A stretch of 36,216 nucleotides of DNA, from positions 1 to 36,216 of the forward strand of contig MRSU01010800.1 in NCBI GenBank assembly GCA_008369845.1, given 5' to 3'. The number at the start of each line of letters is the position of its first letter. Position 1 is the first letter of the stretch. Source of the DNA: Trichomonas gallinae (lineage: Eukaryota). Below the pieces are notes generated by a model that ran no database searches, was not told the DNA's origin, and was given only the letters and a program-made list of their open reading frames with translations. Below are positions 1 to 9,908 of the stretch, piece after piece. A program made the translations under genes and the position numbers.

Positions 1-234
1 TGAATAATATCTCTGTAATTTTCCAAAATAACACTGTTTACTTCCTGTAATATATAGCTTATATTGTGCTCATTAATTTTGCTGTTACAGGTTTGTAGTT
101 AATGTATTAAACAATCTAATAGATTAACTTGAAGTAACTCGGGCACCGAATTTTCGAATAAGGTTATGAGTCGGAAACCCTTTCTTTTACTATATATAGT
201 AAAATTACAATATTTTATTAACAAAAATGATGAA

Positions 235-3200
235 CTAAATATCAGCAAGTTCCAATAATTTTGTAAATACATTTTCAGGATAATCCTTTCTTAAAAGAAC
301 TTCTATATTCAATTTGATTTCAGCTTGGAAATAATCCATTAACTGAAGGAGTATTTCTTCTTTGTAATTCACTGCATTTATCAAAATGTTGATGAAAGAA
401 TCGAACTTGAAACATAAAGGCATGAAGTCATTGCAATTTGCTTTAAACGCTCCGAAACTTTTAATTGCTTGTTCAGAGCAACGAACTGATATGCTTGAAA
501 TGAAATCTAAATCTAAATTGGACAAGCAAGTCAAGTTATTCTTTCGAATAGCTTTGCATGTTATTTCATTAGACAAGACATCAAACAAAGGATAGTAATT
601 ATCAACGAAACTGTTTGGGTATGTAATAAACAGGTATTCAATCCATCCGGCAACTACCATCAAGATCTTTTCAATGGGATAATTCTTCTTGCAGAGATTT
701 TCGATGTACTTGACGAAAAAGAGTCTAATGTCAGCCATTGGTTCAGCGGTCGCTAATTCTTTGTTTACTGTCATTTCTTTCAGAAGTGAGTTGCAAAATT
801 CTGTGTTTTCTATATGATATGCAGCTAACAATGAATAGTAAGAAAACGCCTGGCTGTTTTGCGAGAATAGATAATGGAAATTCTGCGATAAATAATGTTT
901 TAATTTCATAATATTTGCAGTCTTTAAAGTAGTAGGTGTTCTAATTCTGAATATATATTCTCTTGGCTCAGTGTTGAGAATTCTTAGTGCCTCAATCGAT
1001 GTATTTGTTTTAGTTGGATCAAAGACTAAAAGAGTAGCAAAATATTCCATGATGTTTGACTTTCTTGCCCAGTCTTTGTTGAAGAGTCTTTGAAGTGCTG
1101 GGATATAATAGCTAAGCCTAATTTCAGAATCTGGAACTTTTGGCAAAAAATTGTTAAAATCTAATTCTACTGTTGATAGTTTTTCTGGAGTAAGTTCGTC
1201 AAAGAATTTTTTCACTTCCTCGAGTATCGGATGGAAATTGAAATAAAGAAATTCCGTTCCAATACATGCATTAATTCTGTAGATTATTCCTTGATCAAAA
1301 TAATTTGCAACTGTGATATCACGTTGGAGATATCTGAACAATAAAATTCCTAAATTAGTATATTGCGAAGTCGTTTTGGTTATTTTATCGAAAGAGTTTT
1401 TCATGTAATCGTGTGGTACTGGTAAGTAATCGATAGCATCACATAATTTTTTGGCTTCAATAGCCGATAAATTTGACATTTTCGCGTATTTGTCAATGAA
1501 TGTGATTGGGATCTTTGATTCTGTTAAAACATTTGAATATATTTTCGACAACGAAACAAAAGTCTCAAAATTCGATTTAGAAAGTCTTTCTGCATACATC
1601 AAGACTAAGCTATTAATGAATTTTGACTCTTCGTAATCTTTTGTCTGTGGATCATATATCTTTTGGATGTTTGATAAAAATTTGTTGGAGCTTCGCGTTT
1701 TTTGTTCGATTTCATAATAAACATTTGGATCTCGTATCCTTTTTCTTATTATTCTTGCTGCGTTTTCTTTGATGTCTAACTTCATCAAGTAATCCCAATA
1801 TATATTCTTTGCTATCATGGAATCAAGAATTTGCTCACTATTCGGTGATTTCATGGCCAAATCGAATACAATCGAAGCGATGTTTTTGTTTTGGTTGATA
1901 TTTGTTAGTATCGAAACATAATCTTCATTTGTAAACTTCAATTTCTTCATTCTCTCATTGTTGAGAATATCACAAAGAATATGTTGTTTTCCTGCGTCAT
2001 CGTTTTTCAATATTTCTAAAACAGTTTTATTGACAAATTCATTTGATCTGTTCAAGAATTGGTCAAATAAAATTGGGAATTTGAACTTGAGCAGCAGCTG
2101 CATTGCAAGCTGTTCTGAACTTGGTAAGTTTAATATCTTCAACCAATCAATAGCTTCTTCGTTTAAAATCAACGAAATCGATGCATTTATCATATTATGA
2201 TTATTCTCAATGTTTCTAGTGACTTTTTCATCAAATAATTCTTTCTTGAGATAGAAAATGTAGCGAACATGATCATAAGGATTCGTCGTTGGAACAATTT
2301 TGCATGAATTTGGAGTGATTCTCAGTAACATCTTCATTCCTGATTTGTTGTAAGGAATATATGTTGCGTATTGTAACAGCGATGAATAAGCAAAGAATTG
2401 AGGGTTTTCAGGTGGGATGTATTCAGCAACGAAACTGCTCAGAATGTACTCAGTGTTCTCTGTGCAATATCTGTTGACTAAGCTTGAAGGAATATTTATT
2501 CCACCGACAGATTTATCAGTGATTTTGTAGGCAATAACATTTGGTGCTGTTGTGTATTTCGCTGATGTTCCTGATAAAATGTAATCATCGATAGCTGATG
2601 AATATGCTCTTATTCTCTTATAAGTCTGGTGCATCATATTTATTGATGTTTCAAGATTTTGATTGTAAATTAAATCGAAGTAGAAGATTTGTTCTTTCGA
2701 AAGATTTCTTTCGTTGTATGTCAGAGAATCGAGAGCTATTTCTTGGCCAAACATGAAGCCTGTGTGGTTTGGAAGATTGGCAATCAATGATATCAAAATT
2801 TTCTCGAAATCATCTGAATTATAAATATTGTAAAACCGAAGATCATTAATATCGATGTCAACAGTTGATGGCGAAAGTCTGAGATCCAATAAAACCTTTG
2901 ATAATGGACTGTCATCCAAATTATTGATAACAAAAGGAATGCAAGACAAAACGTAAAGTGCGGACAAAAATTTTGAGTTTATTTCTTTGGATGATGTAAT
3001 TGGATGATAAATCGAATAACTATAAAATTCTTTGTCATTTAAATATTCACTGAACCATTGAGCATCAGGTAAAACATCAAAAACTATCTTTGAAGCGCTT
3101 TTGCGATTGTATCTTGTGAAGTTTGTTGAAAATAATTGATGAAAAATCAATAAATAATTTTCTTTTGTTTGCTGGATTTTGTTTAAAATCATTCTGAAAA

Positions 3201-5571
3201 CTTCTTCGTATTTTTCATCGTTTTCGACGTAAGGGAGTTTCCTTATCCAATCATCATCTGTTAGATTGTCAATATCGTCTATTAAAACTGTTATGCTTTT
3301 GTTTGATGAAAATCTGAGTGCCATTACAAAATCATCTTTTTTGTTGAAAGCTTTCATCAAAATACTTGCGAAATATTCCTCAGTATGCTTAAATGCTTCT
3401 TCTACTAGTTCACTAGCATCATTAATATAATTAATGACTGACTCGCAAAGCTGTGTGTTCATGCTTTGAATGCCAATTAAAAAAGATTTTTTGGTAAAGT
3501 TTTCATCAGGTATCAAATCTTTTTTCTTGTAACAATCGATGAATATCTTGCAAAGAACAGCTGCAATTGGTAAATGATCCTTATCATAAGCATCTATATC
3601 AGGCAAGGAATTATTAACATCGAAATTATTCCAAAATTCATCATCAGCATTTTCTAAAGCAGAATCAAGATGAAAAGCTTTCTCGATTGTATCTAGGGAT
3701 TCTATATTACTGTAATCGAAATGAATTTTGTTGGGACATTCATGAGCGAGAACTAGTAAAAAAGGAGAGCTTTTAATACTCGCTGCAATCAAGTTCATAT
3801 CGATCTGACTTAAATCAAATAAAACAAATCTTGTTGCAAGTAAATGCGCATTTTCATTTTTCATTTTTTCGACAAGTATATTTGGATTTTCTGACATCAT
3901 TTCTAAAACAGGCATCAAGAACTCGTATTCCTGTTCTTCTATTAATATAGATAAAGGCAATATTTTCCATAATAGATCAGAATCTTTCCTTTTTTCATAA
4001 ATTTTCAACAATAATTCGAAAAATTGTTTCGACTGAGAATTTTGATCTAATATCCAATCCATTATGTCATCGTAATTATCTGAGTGTGTCTTTAAATAGT
4101 TAAACAATTGTGTTGAAGGAGGAACATATCTTATTAAATCTTTTTGGTGCAATATTTTGTAATTTTTCCCTAAAGTTGACAAGTTCGGTAGAATGTAATA
4201 AGAAGGAAGTGTTTTGTAAATTAATTTTTCGATGTCAGCTTCCTTTGGTGTTATTCTTAAGAACTCATATAGGTTACACGCAAGAAACAAAGGGAAAATG
4301 TTTAAAACTTCTTCATTGTAGTCGTTGATTAGTTTTATTATCGAATTTCTTATGATTTTTCTTATTTCTGGATTTCTCGTCCTTGTTGCTGTTCTAAATA
4401 AAAGCATCGAGACTTCATAATCCATGTGGGATACTATTGTGTCGAAAGAAGACTGTAGTTTATTAACTGACGAAAAATTAACTGTCTCCAATACCCTCAG
4501 AAATGTTGCAGAAATTGATGGAGTGAATTCTTTTAGTGCATCGAAAAACTCGATGAATTTTTCTTCATTAAATGCACCAAGGAAAAGTTTCTCGAATAAT
4601 CTGATTGGCTTCTTGTTAATAATGAGACCGGATTTTACTTGTTCTATGCTTATTAGCTTTTTGGAGATAAGCAAATCAATGAAACTTTTCAAGATTTTTT
4701 CTCGATATTTTTGCTTTTCTTCATCATTTTTAATCGGAGTGTATAACAAAATAATGTCATATATTCTCTCTCCGTATATTGATATTTCTTCATCTGATAC
4801 ATTTTGTGGCTCAACAAGTTCGCGTATATAATGAAAAATTGATTCAAAATCTGATGATTTAATTAAAATGTCAGTTATCATTTTTTGATAAACAATAAAT
4901 TGACTGAAGAATTTTTTGTTGTATCTAGCAAGCATATAATAGAAGTTTTCGAATTCTGATTCAACTTTTGAAATTGAATCAATTTTATCTAAATATATTG
5001 ATGCAATTTGAGTTTTTGTTTCTTTGTTGTATAATTTAAAAGATTCTGAAAGTATATATTCTATAACAGTGCGATTTTGCACACCAATTGTTTTACCTCT
5101 GATATAATGTTCCATATTCTGAATAAATTCCTCGGAATATAGCATTTCAGCCAAAAAGCAATTCGTACCTTTATCATTATTTGCATCAACATATTTATAA
5201 GTCTGCATATTAATTTTGATTTTAATTTTATTATCGAATAACTTAATAAATACATCATGCATGTTATTGTTTGAGATATCATTGATGTAAAAAGTAACAT
5301 ATTGGAGAAATAAATGCATTATTTTTTGTTGATAATATATTTGATGTGAAGAAATTATTGAAATAACGAGTTTCCCTAGTATTTTGAACACTTTATTCTT
5401 CTGTACTTCATTTAAATCGTGATGCATTTGATAAAAATCTCCTAATTCATTTGCAACTTTGATTTCATTGCCATTCTCTAAGTCACGATCGAAGCAGGCT
5501 AAAATCTGATCAGTTGTTTGTGCTTCATGTAAGAAATTAAATGGAATTTGAATGATCTCTAAAATATTCAT
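235..5571 (-). CDS. 1778-aa helical-repeat protein with a central degenerate ubiquitin-specific protease (peptidase C19/USP)-like domain; probably catalytically inactive
   Basis: Uninterrupted ORF, ATG 5571 to TAG 235. Segment ~3010-2240 shows USP-like blocks in the correct order (KFLSALYVLSCIPFV; DDFEKILISLIANL; APNVIAYKI; EYILSSFVAEY; YATYIP; VRYIFYLKK), embedded in long helical flanks as in USP9/24/34-type enzymes. The ORF is certain; the domain call is by eye. Confidence 0.6.
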   Translation of the reverse strand: MNILEIIQIPFNFLHEAQTTDQILACFDRDLENGNEIKVANELGDFYQMHHDLNEVQKNKVFKILGKLVISIISSHQIYYQQKIMHLFLQYVTFYINDISNNNMHDVFIKLFDNKIKIKINMQTYKYVDANNDKGTNCFLAEMLYSEEFIQNMEHYIRGKTIGVQNRTVIEYILSESFKLYNKETKTQIASIYLDKIDSISKVESEFENFYYMLARYNKKFFSQFIVYQKMITDILIKSSDFESIFHYIRELVEPQNVSDEEISIYGERIYDIILLYTPIKNDEEKQKYREKILKSFIDLLISKKLISIEQVKSGLIINKKPIRLFEKLFLGAFNEEKFIEFFDALKEFTPSISATFLRVLETVNFSSVNKLQSSFDTIVSHMDYEVSMLLFRTATRTRNPEIRKIIRNSIIKLINDYNEEVLNIFPLFLACNLYEFLRITPKEADIEKLIYKTLPSYYILPNLSTLGKNYKILHQKDLIRYVPPSTQLFNYLKTHSDNYDDIMDWILDQNSQSKQFFELLLKIYEKRKDSDLLWKILPLSILIEEQEYEFLMPVLEMMSENPNILVEKMKNENAHLLATRFVLFDLSQIDMNLIAASIKSSPFLLVLAHECPNKIHFDYSNIESLDTIEKAFHLDSALENADDEFWNNFDVNNSLPDIDAYDKDHLPIAAVLCKIFIDCYKKKDLIPDENFTKKSFLIGIQSMNTQLCESVINYINDASELVEEAFKHTEEYFASILMKAFNKKDDFVMALRFSSNKSITVLIDDIDNLTDDDWIRKLPYVENDEKYEEVFRMILNKIQQTKENYLLIFHQLFSTNFTRYNRKSASKIVFDVLPDAQWFSEYLNDKEFYSYSIYHPITSSKEINSKFLSALYVLSCIPFVINNLDDSPLSKVLLDLRLSPSTVDIDINDLRFYNIYNSDDFEKILISLIANLPNHTGFMFGQEIALDSLTYNERNLSKEQIFYFDLIYNQNLETSINMMHQTYKRIRAYSSAIDDYILSGTSAKYTTAPNVIAYKITDKSVGGINIPSSLVNRYCTENTEYILSSFVAEYIPPENPQFFAYSSLLQYATYIPYNKSGMKMLLRITPNSCKIVPTTNPYDHVRYIFYLKKELFDEKVTRNIENNHNMINASISLILNEEAIDWLKILNLPSSEQLAMQLLLKFKFPILFDQFLNRSNEFVNKTVLEILKNDDAGKQHILCDILNNERMKKLKFTNEDYVSILTNINQNKNIASIVFDLAMKSPNSEQILDSMIAKNIYWDYLMKLDIKENAARIIRKRIRDPNVYYEIEQKTRSSNKFLSNIQKIYDPQTKDYEESKFINSLVLMYAERLSKSNFETFVSLSKIYSNVLTESKIPITFIDKYAKMSNLSAIEAKKLCDAIDYLPVPHDYMKNSFDKITKTTSQYTNLGILLFRYLQRDITVANYFDQGIIYRINACIGTEFLYFNFHPILEEVKKFFDELTPEKLSTVELDFNNFLPKVPDSEIRLSYYIPALQRLFNKDWARKSNIMEYFATLLVFDPTKTNTSIEALRILNTEPREYIFRIRTPTTLKTANIMKLKHYLSQNFHYLFSQNSQAFSYYSLLAAYHIENTEFCNSLLKEMTVNKELATAEPMADIRLFFVKYIENLCKKNYPIEKILMVVAGWIEYLFITYPNSFVDNYYPLFDVLSNEITCKAIRKNNLTCLSNLDLDFISSISVRCSEQAIKSFGAFKANCNDFMPLCFKFDSFINILINAVNYKEEILLQLMDYFQAEIKLNIEVLLRKDYPENVFTKLLELADI

Positions 5572-5764
5572 CCATCAAAATAAAAAAATGTCAGGTTTTT
5601 AAGCGACACAATGATAGGATACAAAATAAGGACTTAAAAAACAAATTTTAGAGAAATAATTTTATTTCCAGAAGAAAATATTAAAAAATGCGGCATTAAT
5701 TTGAAAATAATACTTCTGCAGGTTGTATAGCATCAATCTCAAGCAAAATGTTTTTTTCATAAAA

Positions 5765-8700
5765 ATGGAAACAAGTGTTTATGATAATCAAATTTTTAAA
5801 GCGCTCGGGAAGTTCAAATTAATACGTATTTGGCCTGATCTCAATGGATGCCTTCAAACTCTCCTAGATATATTTCAACAATACCCAGACAAAGACTACG
5901 TTTCACACAAATTATTGTTTGCAAAAACACTTTCGCAGTGCTTGTCACCGGTTTTACCAGCGGGTATACAAAATAAGGCACTTGACGTGTATTACAAGGC
6001 TTTCGAACGAATGGGCTCTGAAAAATTAAATCGCGATTTTTCCATTTGGGCTCCTGGACTATTTCAGTTCTTTCATAACACTGGTGTAGCTCAGAGACTT
6101 CAAGCACTAAAGTTATTTACCGATTTTTTTCTTCCTGCATTATCTCAAAACTCGAAGATAGGACCTCCACTCATTCATGCCATTCTTCCTGGCGTGAATG
6201 ATGATGGAAGCGAAGTAAAATCTACGACAATTACAATTCTAGACTCAATTCAAAATATTATCGGCAACAAAATTTACTGGCAGGCAATGTTTAAGTGTGC
6301 ACTCACCAGTCCAACAGATAGACTTTCATTTTTCATCATCGCATTACAAAACAAAGCAGAAATAATTATGCAAAATTTATATCCAGAACTAACGAAAGCA
6401 ATGTTTTTAAATGTATTCCAAGATTCTAATGTACTTGTTGTGCGTGGTGCTCTCGAGTTATTTAATAATTGTTTTGAATTTTTCGATGAAAAAATTAAAT
6501 TTGATTTGAGTCAAGGTTGTATAGACCTTCTAAAAGTTGATGATCAGTCTATTAGTAGACGTGTATTCAACTGGATTAATTCATTCCCTGAAAATGCAGC
6601 TGAAGCTGTAGAATCAAGCGCCCAAATCTCGATTATTACAATGTTAAAGAAAGGTGGACAACCAGAGCAAATAGTTTTATCTAAGTTATCCAAAATTGTA
6701 TCAAGAACTGATATTGACATACAAATTTTAACTAATTATATTAATTCTTCAACATTAATTCGAGCATCTTTAGAACATATTGATGCATTACACACCCTTA
6801 TTCCAAATGTAATAATAGAATTAGAATTACAGAGAGAAATTGCAATTCATACATTAAATCTATTAAGTAACACAAATGACATAGAAACTGCAAGAAAACT
6901 CTGCAATATTTGCGATATAGTCATTAACTGTCTAGAAAAAGCAGCAGACGAAGATTTGATTCTTTCAGTTATCAAACACATTTTTGATTATTTCAAAACT
7001 GATGAAATAATTTTGGCTTTTTCAACGAAGCTCAGCTCATTTGTAGACTGCGAGATTCCTCTTGAAATACTGCTCAGTGGCGACAGGATACATTTTGTTT
7101 GCGTGCACGAGTTGCTCCGCATGAGCGAGAAAAATCTTTCCGCTTTATTGATCGTAGACAAAAATGTTGATTTGCTGATGTCTGCTTGTTGGGAGGAATT
7201 AAAAAGCAGACAGACAACTATTTCACCAGAAGAAATCTCAGCCGCTTTGATGCAGATGCAGAAACGCTACAACGCTCAGTTCACTGTTGTTTTAAACAAA
7301 TGCTGGGATGCTTCTGCGATTTCTTTGTTCATCAAATCTATCCCTGAAATTCCTGTTTCAATTTTAGTTGGATGTCTTCAAAAACAAGCTGAATCTCGCG
7401 ATAATCTATCTAGAGATGACTTCTTGACTGTTTGCACGCTAAGAGAATTGGCTTCAAAGTCAGAGATTCTTCTGCCAAGCGCGAGAGCATCAATTAATGA
7501 CGAAGACTTCAATTGGTCGAAAATTGTCATTTCGTCTTTGACAAGTTTAATACAAACAGACTCGAAATTATTTATAGAATCAATCAACGAGCAAACATTG
7601 TTGTCATTCTCTCAGTTTATTTTGTACAAAAGAGGAACAGATAGGTTATTATATGAAATTTTAACAGCGTCTTCAAGTATAACTTTCTTGAACTCAATTT
7701 CGCCTTTGATTTCTCAATATATCATCAAAAACTCTTCTGACACTAACAAGCACCAATTACTAATACCTTTGGCGAGAACTAATCTACCAATGCTCCAATT
7801 AATCAACATCGTGCCAACAACGCCAGTTATCTTGAGAGTTTTAGTGCCAATAATCGGAATGCAAAAACCTTCAGAGCTACATAATAGAGTTTTGGAAGAA
7901 TTGTTCAGCAAATCTGTTGACATTGCTCCGCAAATTTGTTATTCGGATCCATTATTAAGTGATTTAACTGCTTTGATTAACATATGCAACAAAATCGCAT
8001 CAAGTGAAGTACAAAACGCAAGACAAAGCATGAAAATATCTGGATTCAAGAAACTCTACTCATCTAATGAAGAATTACACGAAAACGATTGCGTGGCTTC
8101 CATTTTGTTGAACACTATTCCTGAATCAAATTCTCCTTATTGCAAACTTGTTCCGACATTTTTGCCAAAAATATTCAACAGAATTCTTGAAACGACAAAC
8201 GAAGTTCTTTTGCAGAAATGCATTGTTTGGATGTTTAAGCGTCTTGCTGGCGTCTGGAACTTGGTGATTCCTTATTCTTTGTCTGTTGGCGAAAAGTTGC
8301 AAATCACAAAATTGATTTATTCGATATTCGCAAGTTTATCTGATAATGAAGTTTTAGAACAAATCAGGAACATAATAAAAATTCATACAAGCATTGTTGA
8401 AGTAATCGACAACGATAAAATCCATGCATTCTTGATAGGCTGCCTATTGTCAAATAGAATGATTTTGTCTACAGATGAAGCAATTTATATTTTTGTTTCA
8501 ATGTTTGCATCATTGCATTTTTCTTCATTGCAAAGTGTCAGATTTATTGTTAATTATGTCTCGATTTATCCAGAATCCAACTTATCAATGTTCAATGCAG
8601 CTCTTTCTGCTGCGATCAATGAAGTGAAAAATCCAGAAATCGCCTCGCAAATCATTGGATTGTTGTCTGATTTTTCGCCATCTTTGTTGTGCAAAATTTT

Positions 8701-9529
8701 CTCATCAGATGTTTTCCCAACAACTTTGATGAGATTCTTGACAACGGTCTGTAGCAAAAACACTATTTCCTATCTATTCTTCATATCTAAATTCTGCACG
8801 CTTCCATGCGAAGAAAGAAAATGGACTGATCTAGTTTTCTCAGCTATGACTGATTTTCCTCCTTTCGTTTCTAAAGGTAGAGATTATGTCTGTGCACTTG
8901 CAGACACAATTAATGCATTATCAATAGATAGAGACGCTTTCACGCATGATTTGTTCGATTTCATCGCAAATCCACACTTGTGGAAACTTTCGAAAGAACA
9001 AATTTCATCGCGAAACTTTTTCTTGTTCATTTTTGTGATGTTTGCTTCTCCATTTGATACTTTTGTCAACAGGCAGCAGAATATCAACTCACTGCTGACT
9101 GTAGCATTGAGTAATGACGCTGGAACATCTGTTCTTCAATTCGCTTTATTTTCACTCTTCATGCGCGTTATTTTTATTCGAGCATCTACTAAATTGAGTG
9201 AAGCGTTTGCATCAATTTTGGTCCATGAACTAGGCAATGCTGTCAGAAGCCAGAATGACCAGATGCGAGAAGAAGCAGACAAACTTCTAGCAGCAGCGAT
9301 GACGAATTTCACAGCTTCATTTCAGTTCGAAGAGTTTGTTTTTTTCCCAGATTTGGTTTCAATGTATGATGCTCCAAAACCAAACGAAGAGAATAGCACA
9401 GAGAGTGATATATGGCCAATGATAGAAGATTCCAAGAAATCTTTAATCCATTTGGATTTTCCAAAGAAGCACGAAAATGAGCCAACCATTGATGAATTTA
9501 TCAGATTCGTGGAAATTTATTTTCAGTAA
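5765..9529 (+). CDS. DOP1: Dopey family protein (Dopey N-terminal domain; Golgi/endosome trafficking scaffold)
   Basis: N-terminal WPDLNGCLQTL...KLLFAKTLSQCLSPVLPAGIQNKALDVY...DFSIWAPGLF matches the Dopey_N signature (WAD...LAQCLxPxLPxGVHxKALEVY). The first ATG is at 5765 (the ORF track starts at an upstream TTG) and is preceded by an Inr-like TCATA. Confidence 0.9.
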   Translation: METSVYDNQIFKALGKFKLIRIWPDLNGCLQTLLDIFQQYPDKDYVSHKLLFAKTLSQCLSPVLPAGIQNKALDVYYKAFERMGSEKLNRDFSIWAPGLFQFFHNTGVAQRLQALKLFTDFFLPALSQNSKIGPPLIHAILPGVNDDGSEVKSTTITILDSIQNIIGNKIYWQAMFKCALTSPTDRLSFFIIALQNKAEIIMQNLYPELTKAMFLNVFQDSNVLVVRGALELFNNCFEFFDEKIKFDLSQGCIDLLKVDDQSISRRVFNWINSFPENAAEAVESSAQISIITMLKKGGQPEQIVLSKLSKIVSRTDIDIQILTNYINSSTLIRASLEHIDALHTLIPNVIIELELQREIAIHTLNLLSNTNDIETARKLCNICDIVINCLEKAADEDLILSVIKHIFDYFKTDEIILAFSTKLSSFVDCEIPLEILLSGDRIHFVCVHELLRMSEKNLSALLIVDKNVDLLMSACWEELKSRQTTISPEEISAALMQMQKRYNAQFTVVLNKCWDASAISLFIKSIPEIPVSILVGCLQKQAESRDNLSRDDFLTVCTLRELASKSEILLPSARASINDEDFNWSKIVISSLTSLIQTDSKLFIESINEQTLLSFSQFILYKRGTDRLLYEILTASSSITFLNSISPLISQYIIKNSSDTNKHQLLIPLARTNLPMLQLINIVPTTPVILRVLVPIIGMQKPSELHNRVLEELFSKSVDIAPQICYSDPLLSDLTALINICNKIASSEVQNARQSMKISGFKKLYSSNEELHENDCVASILLNTIPESNSPYCKLVPTFLPKIFNRILETTNEVLLQKCIVWMFKRLAGVWNLVIPYSLSVGEKLQITKLIYSIFASLSDNEVLEQIRNIIKIHTSIVEVIDNDKIHAFLIGCLLSNRMILSTDEAIYIFVSMFASLHFSSLQSVRFIVNYVSIYPESNLSMFNAALSAAINEVKNPEIASQIIGLLSDFSPSLLCKIFSSDVFPTTLMRFLTTVCSKNTISYLFFISKFCTLPCEERKWTDLVFSAMTDFPPFVSKGRDYVCALADTINALSIDRDAFTHDLFDFIANPHLWKLSKEQISSRNFFLFIFVMFASPFDTFVNRQQNINSLLTVALSNDAGTSVLQFALFSLFMRVIFIRASTKLSEAFASILVHELGNAVRSQNDQMREEADKLLAAAMTNFTASFQFEEFVFFPDLVSMYDAPKPNEENSTESDIWPMIEDSKKSLIHLDFPKKHENEPTIDEFIRFVEIYFQ

Positions 9530-9908
9530 TTTTGTTATTTTATACACATTATATTGTTTAATAAATTTATACATTGTTTGATTATTAATATTTAAATATA
9601 TTTTTAATCACAATCACCTTCATATAAGAATATAAAATATCAGCAAGATGTAAAATAATTTTCTGCTTGCATAGAATCTTTACAGCAGATTGATCAAATT
9701 AAAATGTAATTAAAATATCAGAAAGAACTATATCAGAATGCTGGATTGTGAATGTATGATATATGCTTGAAGCAAACTTTATTTTTCAAAGTAAAGATCA
9801 ATTTTAACAATTTGTAATTCCGAAATAAAAATGGAATCTGTTCGTCAAAAAATATTGTTTAAAAATAATAAACATTTATATAATAATAACAAATAATAAA
9901 CATGATAA

